The notes under the pieces were generated by a model. It was not told the origin of the DNA, searched no databases, and saw only the letters and a program-made list of their open reading frames with translations. This document shows, piece after piece, positions 25,801 through 30,343 of a stretch of DNA of 30,343 nucleotides (positions within the stretch are counted from its first letter, which is position 1; each line of letters starts with the position of its first letter). Where the stretch lies: the IMG/VR virus record IMGVR_UViG_3300033149_003049, positions 1-30,343 of that record; one strand, written 5' to 3'. The DNA is from a virus. The translations under genes were made by a program, and so were the position numbers.

Positions 25801-25947
25801 TCTACTTGCCAGCGTATCAGGATTATAGGGGGTAAAAAGAGCAGTAGGGTATAACAGGGTCTCCCTGCTCATCAGCTCTTTATCAAGCTGAGCCTCCCTG
25901 GTAGGGGTGGTCTGGAATATCTTTTTAATATGACCAAAAATAGACAT
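22828..25947 (-). CDS. Portal (Mu gp29/DUF935-like) - MuF (gp30-like) - mini-intein - JAB/MPN-like domain fusion (1039 aa)
   Basis: Portal aa ~30-410 (YG.SDLR.AY..WW.K...LYN.YLERY..P). MuF: RTNTT.AYN.GR, FSAILDSRTT.IC...DG, PPLHHN/CRS. C-terminal E884...H929-N-H931-P...S938-x2-D941. Confidence 0.88.
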   Translation of the reverse strand: MSIFGHIKKIFQTTPTREAQLDKELMSRETLLYPTALFTPYNPDTLASRKGGLRIYDKIRRDDTVKGCMNLRKFAVLCSGWVVEPASDDEADIEVAEFVKHNLERVKGTFEDVLLNIMTAFDYGFSVSEKVYTLLPGTEPYGGKVGVKAIKTRKPHGVDFDVDEFGNLRKNGVWQGFGTRKLPPNKFIIYTYRKEFDNWYGVSDLREAYRAWWSKDVIIKLYNIYLERYSMPPAVGTLKKALTKNERTTLKNILDNLQARTSIVLPDGVELDFPEVSGRGASTYKDAIAVHDMAIARSLLIPNLLGVSEQGHYGSYSQGKVHFDVFLQIVDKHRRDLEEVLNEQLVRELVSFNYAVDKYPKFKFRPMDEEKRQAMAKLFIDAVEKGVISPTLKDENKLRQHLGWPEREEEEGGYQLRSYTTYFRPLSPYEKKCQFERIQRYLDQLDRNSVEKITGVIKQQRDWLIDFVSKRMGKGELRPTLIQKLELKYGGKLQEVITEMLRLAFYEGRKEVEREIGKKHYKRLNPFAPTAALEWLKSKGIQTKEILNSQLRFKVQNILMESLKKGIPLKETIQKIQQAYQPYVGDPAVLVPGAVTPYSIEKLVRTNTTAAYNHGRVSMMQQAGDYVPAMEFSAILDSRTTEICRKADGKVIPKNDPDMERFIPPLHHNCFLSPKTPVLTDKGYKPIKDIKLGDKVLTHLGRYMPVTFVHHRQAPTTYKGLAYKVILDIGTGTITLPPVTPDHPVLATPGWVPVKRLEVGDRITVWQDGGFVTAVVIAVGTSQMKYHQRLYNLSVEGDESYVVNGVVVHNCRSLLIPVTRDDMMTHPFTPITRQEKDELLALIPEEFGGRVGGPSSTPPQYVVEEVVDRLGESALEIGKSKGVEVAYLVDMEEGRQVGKVLVGGKSVVKFDEETIALMENPKRKLVGIHNHPGSASFSAQDVYLFCQSQGIRRMVVYGHDGTKYVMEKKVGIDYTSVAEEAFYSWGAERDTLMDKYESRWKAGEDEWAIWKDHTHEIMQKVSKRYNFRYYRVLPGGKKE
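23518..23940 (-). mobile_element. 141-aa mini-intein (Hint domain, no homing endonuclease) inside the MuF domain
   Basis: Block A C670-FLSPKTPVLT, block B VTPDHPV (TxxH), block F LYNLSVEGDESYVVNG, block G VVHN810 followed by C811. Removal restores PPLHHN-CRSLLIPV. Confidence 0.93.
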
Positions 25948-25965
25948 TTTTTCCTTTCTATCTAG

Positions 25966-25994
25966 TTAATAAGGCAATTTAACTGCAAAATTTA
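25966..25994 (-). promoter_or_regulatory. Conserved 29-nt motif, copy 1 (TAAATTTTGCAGTTAAATTGCCTTATTAA), upstream of the portal gene
   Basis: Aligns with two other copies; similarity to copy 3 continues for 10 nt downstream (YTAGRTAGAA). Confidence 0.7.
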
Positions 25995-26531
25995 GCTCTC
26001 CATCATCAGCTTTTTCAACTCCGCCTTAAACCGCCTAACTACATTGCTCACTGTGGCCTCAGATACCTGCATCATCGCTGCTACCTCTTTTTGTGAGTAC
26101 CCACCAAAAAGAGACAACACAACCATAGCCCGATGCCCTTCAGTAAGGGTGGACAAAAGAGCCTGGTATTGGTCATCTGATACCCAAGAGGGTATAGACG
26201 CTGCCTTCCCCTCTTCCACTCTACTTTCTACCTGAGCAGTAACAGGGTCAGTAGAAAACTCCCTCAATACCCGCTGCATTATCTTGGACAAGTATTGGAC
26301 AACATCCCCTGCTGGCCTATTCACATCCACTTTTCCCACCTTCACCAACTGCCACAAACGCAATGAAGCCTCAGCCTGCATATCCTCCCAGTATTGCTCT
26401 TTGCCTTTATGTTCAGAGCGGAGGAAATACCCCACCATCACCTTTACCAATGGCCAAAGCGCCTCAAACTGCATCTTTTTCAGCTCCTCCTGTACCCGCT
26501 TCATTTGCTCATTCAGGTTATCTACTTCCAT
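25992..26531 (-). CDS. ECF-like RNA polymerase sigma factor (probable start MEVDNL at 26531)
   Basis: Region 2-like EDMQAEASLRLWQ...Y.SKI and region 4 HTH LTEGHR.MVVL..FGGYSQKEVA.MM.VSEATVSNVV.R; SD GGAGGGGGG. Confidence 0.78.
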   Translation of the reverse strand: MEVDNLNEQMKRVQEELKKMQFEALWPLVKVMVGYFLRSEHKGKEQYWEDMQAEASLRLWQLVKVGKVDVNRPAGDVVQYLSKIMQRVLREFSTDPVTAQVESRVEEGKAASIPSWVSDDQYQALLSTLTEGHRAMVVLSLFGGYSQKEVAAMMQVSEATVSNVVRRFKAELKKLMMES

Positions 26532-26718
26532 CCCCCCTCCTAACCTTCCACTCATGTAACACTACCTTGTCTTTTAACCTAACCAGCCGATGGTATTGAT
26601 ATGCAGGGGTGCTCAAGACTATATGTGAGTAATGGGTAGTGAGGAACTTTTTAAACTGGTTACATTGAAACAAACCTCGTATAAGCTCCCTCTCCACTGC
26701 CATCAGCTCATCTTCCAT
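26518..26718 (-). CDS. Hypothetical protein (66 aa, MEDELMAVER...)
   Basis: ATG 11 nt after the GT9 stop; overlaps the sigma start. Confidence 0.5.
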   Translation of the reverse strand: MEDELMAVERELIRGLFQCNQFKKFLTTHYSHIVLSTPAYQYHRLVRLKDKVVLHEWKVRRGDGSR

Positions 26719-26729
26719 ACTTCCTACCC

Positions 26730-27659
26730 TTACTTGTAACATAGCATCCTCCTCACCGCTCTTATTACCCTCTCTACCTTTATCCCTTTCATGCATTCAT
26801 AGTTAGAGCAAGAAAAAAAGAGGTCTTTGCCTTGGCAGGGGGCACAAGGTAAACTGCTATCCAAAACAATGCCTTTTTTAGTGAAATACGGTCGGTTTTT
26901 TGTAATGAGAGTGGGGCCAAACAAGGTAATCAAAGGGATACCCAAAGCATCAGCCACATGCATCAGCCCACTATCATTCATCACTGCAAGATCACACTGG
27001 CTAATTACCTTTGCAGTCTCCGAAATAGTAAGTTTACCAGCATAGTTTACCCCCCTCCCCTTACATGCTTCTACTACTCTCTGCCCTTCCAGCCACTCCT
27101 CTTCACCCCCAACCCAAACCACCCTTGCATCATATTCTTTTACAAGTACCTGTGCGAGCTGGAGGAAATAAGGCCATTTCTTCTTTTGCCAAACAGGCTG
27201 GTTTACAGACCCATTACACAAACAGACATTTATCCCCATCTTAGGCAGGATAGGCCCCTGTGCTAGAGGGATATATGGAGCAGGTATCAACCCCTTATAT
27301 CCCAGCTCATACACGTAACTCATATAATACTCCACCTCATGTTCCCCACTCTCCCACCGTGGGGGTCTCTGGGGTAAAGTAGTCAAGCTAAGCAAGATTT
27401 CATGGACTGCCCCACCACCCCACTGAGTTACAAAAAATAAATCATACCCATCTAAGGAACATGGAAAAAGCCTAATATTATCTATCAAAAACCACTTTTC
27501 ACATACCTCAATCACTGCATCAGAGCGGTTATCTTTCCACTTCTTATCAAACACTACATCAAGAGTAGCATTGGGGTATAAAGCCCAAAGAGCCTTCAAC
27601 GCTGAGGAAAACAAAATCCAATTACCTAGACCATTCTGAAACCCAGTACATATCCTCAC
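26730..27659 (-). CDS. GT9 family (ADP-heptose:LPS heptosyltransferase-like) glycosyltransferase
   Basis: GLGN.IL...ALKAL, KKW.YF..LA..L, NDSGLMH.A.ALG.P...LFGPT motifs. Confidence 0.9.
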   Translation of the reverse strand: MRICTGFQNGLGNWILFSSALKALWALYPNATLDVVFDKKWKDNRSDAVIEVCEKWFLIDNIRLFPCSLDGYDLFFVTQWGGGAVHEILLSLTTLPQRPPRWESGEHEVEYYMSYVYELGYKGLIPAPYIPLAQGPILPKMGINVCLCNGSVNQPVWQKKKWPYFLQLAQVLVKEYDARVVWVGGEEEWLEGQRVVEACKGRGVNYAGKLTISETAKVISQCDLAVMNDSGLMHVADALGIPLITLFGPTLITKNRPYFTKKGIVLDSSLPCAPCQGKDLFFSCSNYECMKGIKVERVIRAVRRMLCYK

Positions 27660-27662
27660 TCT

Positions 27663-28454
27663 CTATCCCTCCCTCCATGTGGAACACTGGGGCTCCTCCC
27701 CCATATGGGTAACCAACCCCGGCACCACCATTACATATTTGCCCTGCCTAACACAGCTATTCTCTGCTCCCCACCCATCCCTATCTCCTATCAAATAGTG
27801 GTCTATGTTACTCCCTCTACCCCTATCGGGCATCCCTCGCTCCGTGCCATCTGGATTTAGGCGAGGGATGGGTAAAAGGCTATCCCAAAACGCCCTTTCT
27901 GCCACCAAACACGTAGCCCGCTCCAGTTTTTTAAACTCCACTGGACGGTCCCGCCATGAAATAGCATCTACAGGGTGGTGTTCTGGACTATCAAACCCAC
28001 CAAAAAACCCTATGGGGTAGTCTCTCCGTAGCTCCTCATATGCATCAATAAGCACCCGTATCCACCCCCGCTTTACCTCTACATCATCTTGTAGGTAAGC
28101 AAAATATTTAGCTGGGGTATAGAACTGCCCAAATACTTTAGACACCCCATACAATACATTCAACCCATAGCACACCCCCTGCCGTCGTTTATTCAAAATA
28201 ACTGCACAAAGCCTACCATCATACAACCGCCGTAAATAATCCCCTGTTCCATCACTACTACAATCATCCGCTATAAACAGACGAAAAGGCACAGTAGTGC
28301 TTCTAAATATGCTATCCAAAGTCCTCCTCAACAAACTACAGCGGTTATACGTAGTAACACCTATATCTACCACCGTCGCGCTCTCTATTCCTCTTACCAT
28401 CACTCTATCCCTCTCAGTCTGTCTCAAAAAGATGCTATTATAGTCTATCTTCAT
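27663..28454 (-). CDS. GT2 family glycosyltransferase
   Basis: V.TYNR..LL.RTL.S, IADDCSSDGT, YLQDDV. Confidence 0.88.
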   Translation of the reverse strand: MKIDYNSIFLRQTERDRVMVRGIESATVVDIGVTTYNRCSLLRRTLDSIFRSTTVPFRLFIADDCSSDGTGDYLRRLYDGRLCAVILNKRRQGVCYGLNVLYGVSKVFGQFYTPAKYFAYLQDDVEVKRGWIRVLIDAYEELRRDYPIGFFGGFDSPEHHPVDAISWRDRPVEFKKLERATCLVAERAFWDSLLPIPRLNPDGTERGMPDRGRGSNIDHYLIGDRDGWGAENSCVRQGKYVMVVPGLVTHMGEEPQCSTWREG

Positions 28455-29086
28455 TCTCCAACCCTCTTATATCCTGTCAATTCAAAAAACGCACTATACA
28501 ACTGCTCAATCTTTTCAATCTGGCCTGCAGTCAAATAGTACCTAAAACCAGCTAGCTTTCTATCATGCACCCAATCCCTCCTCAGCCTACTTTCTAACCC
28601 ATTCACCTGCAAAGCTCTATCTACAACATCCAGAGGGGCATCCACCCCCAAATACCTGAACAACTGCCTAAAGACAATAGATGCATGGGGACCAGTGGCC
28701 CATTCATAAGAGACTAAATGTACAAATGGTTCCCCCCAATACCCCAAAAACCAATTCACATACCGTGACAGACAATTAGGATGGTCAATCAAGATATCAA
28801 TACTTTCCCTTAGTCTCTTTCCTTTTACTACTGGGTCCAAGGGGTGAGAGGGGATATCACGGACATAAAAATAAACAGACACCACCACATCCCGTATATC
28901 CCTGTATATACCAAATACCTGTCTATCCCTACATAAACCTAAACTGCTTGAATAAGGTAAGTGTTGATGGCCATCCACAGCATCATTCAGCACCTGCACT
29001 CCTACTCTCTTAGCAATATACCTAATAACATCATGGAAATACACTGAGGCACTTCTAGGCATCCCCACTGCATACACCCCCTTCAT
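28451..29086 (-). CDS. PAPS-dependent sulfotransferase-like protein (probable start MKGVYAV at 29086)
   Basis: 5'-PSB-like GMPRSAS, 3'-PB-like YRDIRDVVVS, VSYE motif; ATGA overlap with the methyltransferase stop. Confidence 0.78.
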   Translation of the reverse strand: MKGVYAVGMPRSASVYFHDVIRYIAKRVGVQVLNDAVDGHQHLPYSSSLGLCRDRQVFGIYRDIRDVVVSVYFYVRDIPSHPLDPVVKGKRLRESIDILIDHPNCLSRYVNWFLGYWGEPFVHLVSYEWATGPHASIVFRQLFRYLGVDAPLDVVDRALQVNGLESRLRRDWVHDRKLAGFRYYLTAGQIEKIEQLYSAFFELTGYKRVGE

Positions 29087-29709
29087 CCCCTCTTCCCCTC
29101 CTTCCAAAATACCATCAAACTATGTTCCTCCCCTGTTCCATCCACATTCCCCACCACCTCAGCCATTATGCAGTGCAGTGGGGGAAACAGATGTTTATAT
29201 GTATCTATCCCCCTATACCAAATATGCTCTTTATCCTCCAACCAAACACTGGTATTCTCATACAATACTAGATACCCATCTGGGGCTAATACTCTAGTAA
29301 GCTCACCAGCTGCCCGCTTTACGCAGGAGGGGGGGATGTGTTGAAGAGCTGTCCAGCTAAACACACCACCAAACTGAGCATTGGAAAAGGGAAGTTGCAA
29401 GCCACCATACTGGGTAAAAATCCCTTTTGGCGCCCTTTTTTTAGCTTCCTTTACAGCCCACTCCACTATATCCACCCCATACACCTGTTCGCAAAAAGAG
29501 GCCAAAAAAGCAGACCACCTACCCCAGCCACAACCAAAATCTAACACTACTCTATCATGGAATAGAAACCGTAACAGCTCTCCATATTGCTTTTGAAACC
29601 AAGCTGTCTGAGCTGTAAGCTGGGCTGGGGTTAGCTTACAATGGCCTACTGCCTTGCACCCCTGCTCCTTATACCTTTTACACCAATACTTCCTTCCCCC
29701 TTCTTTCAT
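29083..29709 (-). CDS. Class I SAM-dependent methyltransferase
   Basis: VLDFGCGWGR, GVDI, LPF....F, ALQHI, RVL.P.G.LVL.E. Confidence 0.9.
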   Translation of the reverse strand: MKEGGRKYWCKRYKEQGCKAVGHCKLTPAQLTAQTAWFQKQYGELLRFLFHDRVVLDFGCGWGRWSAFLASFCEQVYGVDIVEWAVKEAKKRAPKGIFTQYGGLQLPFSNAQFGGVFSWTALQHIPPSCVKRAAGELTRVLAPDGYLVLYENTSVWLEDKEHIWYRGIDTYKHLFPPLHCIMAEVVGNVDGTGEEHSLMVFWKEGKRG

Positions 29710-29881
29710 ATCTTTCCCTACCCCTCCGCTCTTTTTTTATCACCTGTGCAATACGCAATGTAAGATATTCCACAATCTCTTCCACTACTTTATCCTCTAT
29801 TGTTACACCATGTTTTCTTGCAATCTCTATAATGTTCTGTTTGTGCAAATTAAACAAATCCTCTTTACTCATCCTTGCCAT
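29678..29881 (-). CDS. Small basic protein (67 aa), possible truncated histone fold
   Basis: SD GGAGGGG; by-eye similarity to histone alpha1-L1-alpha2; Arg-rich C-terminus. The confidence refers to the gene; the fold is speculative. Confidence 0.55.
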   Translation of the reverse strand: MARMSKEDLFNLHKQNIIEIARKHGVTIEDKVVEEIVEYLTLRIAQVIKKERRGRERYERRGKEVLV

Positions 29882-29907
29882 TTTTCATTTCCCCTCCACA
29901 AAAAACA

Positions 29908-30342
29908 TTACAAATTTGGTTCAGGATCCTGACAATAAATACAGGGTTCACCAATCTCCTCAAACCGCATTTGGTAAAGTAACCTCAAAAAGCCATGTCT
30001 CCTTTCCCCATTCCATATCTCAGTTATACCCTGCTCCATTATATTGCCAAACTTCACCTGACACTTATAATCCATGCAACATGGATAGAAATCCCCATCA
30101 ACACTCACCATTGCCTCGCTATGGATTACCCTAGAAGGTATCAGTGGGCATATACTAGTCCTCCTCTTTTTCCTCTCATACATAACTGCCCAATAGCCAA
30201 TCCCCTGTATATTCACACTATCTACTCTTCCATGCAAACTCTCCACTACCTTCCATGTAGTATCTTCCACCCCATCATAAACCCAAGGCTTATCCTCCTC
30301 TTTTTTAGGATACATAAAATGCATGTATCTGGGGTAACTTAT
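29908..30342 (-). CDS. SPASM-domain protein, probably the C-terminus of a radical SAM enzyme; open past the right edge
   Basis: C...VSVDGDFYPCC.D.....FGNI....I.EIWNG......PC..C; no stop upstream of the Met called in the track. Confidence 0.82.
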   Translation of the reverse strand: MSYPRYMHFMYPKKEEDKPWVYDGVEDTTWKVVESLHGRVDSVNIQGIGYWAVMYERKKRRTSICPLIPSRVIHSEAMVSVDGDFYPCCMDYKCQVKFGNIMEQGITEIWNGERRHGFLRLLYQMRFEEIGEPCIYCQDPEPNL

Positions 30343-30343
30343 A

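Larger units (their letters stand above)
1..30343 (-). mobile_element. Tailed phage/prophage late region: Mu-like head and neck, non-contractile (siphovirus-type) tail
   Basis: Co-oriented, tightly overlapping genes in canonical order: portal, protease/scaffold, capsid, neck, tube, chaperones, tape measure, tip. No sheath gene and no host housekeeping genes seen. Prophage versus free phage cannot be decided from this window. Confidence 0.95.

Noticed and set aside
26518-26796. Track starts at 26796, 26555 and 29107
   Set aside because: These give long overlaps with upstream genes; the starts at 26718, 26531 and 29086 fit better by SD or translational coupling.
508-29932. Many plus-strand ORFs in the track (e.g. 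508..987, 7098..7730, 7968..8567, 9866..10588, 14859..15659, 21042..21521, 26958..27266)
   Set aside because: They are antisense shadows of well-supported minus-strand genes, with Ser/Pro/Leu/Phe-rich composition expected from the purine-rich coding strand and no recognisable motifs.
1-30343. CRISPR array, tRNA/rRNA, diversity-generating retroelement, integrase/att site, transposase, endolysin, tail sheath
   Set aside because: No regularly spaced repeats, cloverleaf, reverse transcriptase or TR/VR pair, recombinase, lysin or sheath motifs were seen by eye. A Mu-like head does not by itself show a transposable lifestyle.

Overview
The whole 30.3 kb is the late (virion morphogenesis) region of a tailed dsDNA bacteriophage or prophage. 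All credible genes are on the minus strand, tightly coupled, many with GGAGG-type Shine-Dalgarno sites, and no host genes are seen. Order from right to left: carbohydrate-modification cassette (SPASM-domain protein, SAM methyltransferase, sulfotransferase, GT2, GT9); ECF-like sigma factor; Mu-like head (portal, protease/scaffold, cement, major capsid); terminator; accessory island (LamG protein, exported protein, 952-aa GT4-methyltransferase-GT2 fusion); Mu-like neck; sheath-less tail (tube, frameshifted chaperones, 1431-aa tape measure, tip proteins); and a trypsin-like protease cut by the left edge. The strongest observations are: (1) a candidate virion glycosylation/methylation/sulfation pathway; (2) one 1039-aa ORF fusing portal, MuF, a 141-aa mini-intein and a JAB/MPN-like domain; (3) a 29-nt motif found three times, just upstream of the portal, protease and tail-tube genes, a candidate promoter for the phage sigma factor; (4) a 67-aa ORF that aligns by eye to the histone fold. 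All family assignments come from visual motif recognition; no database searches were run.
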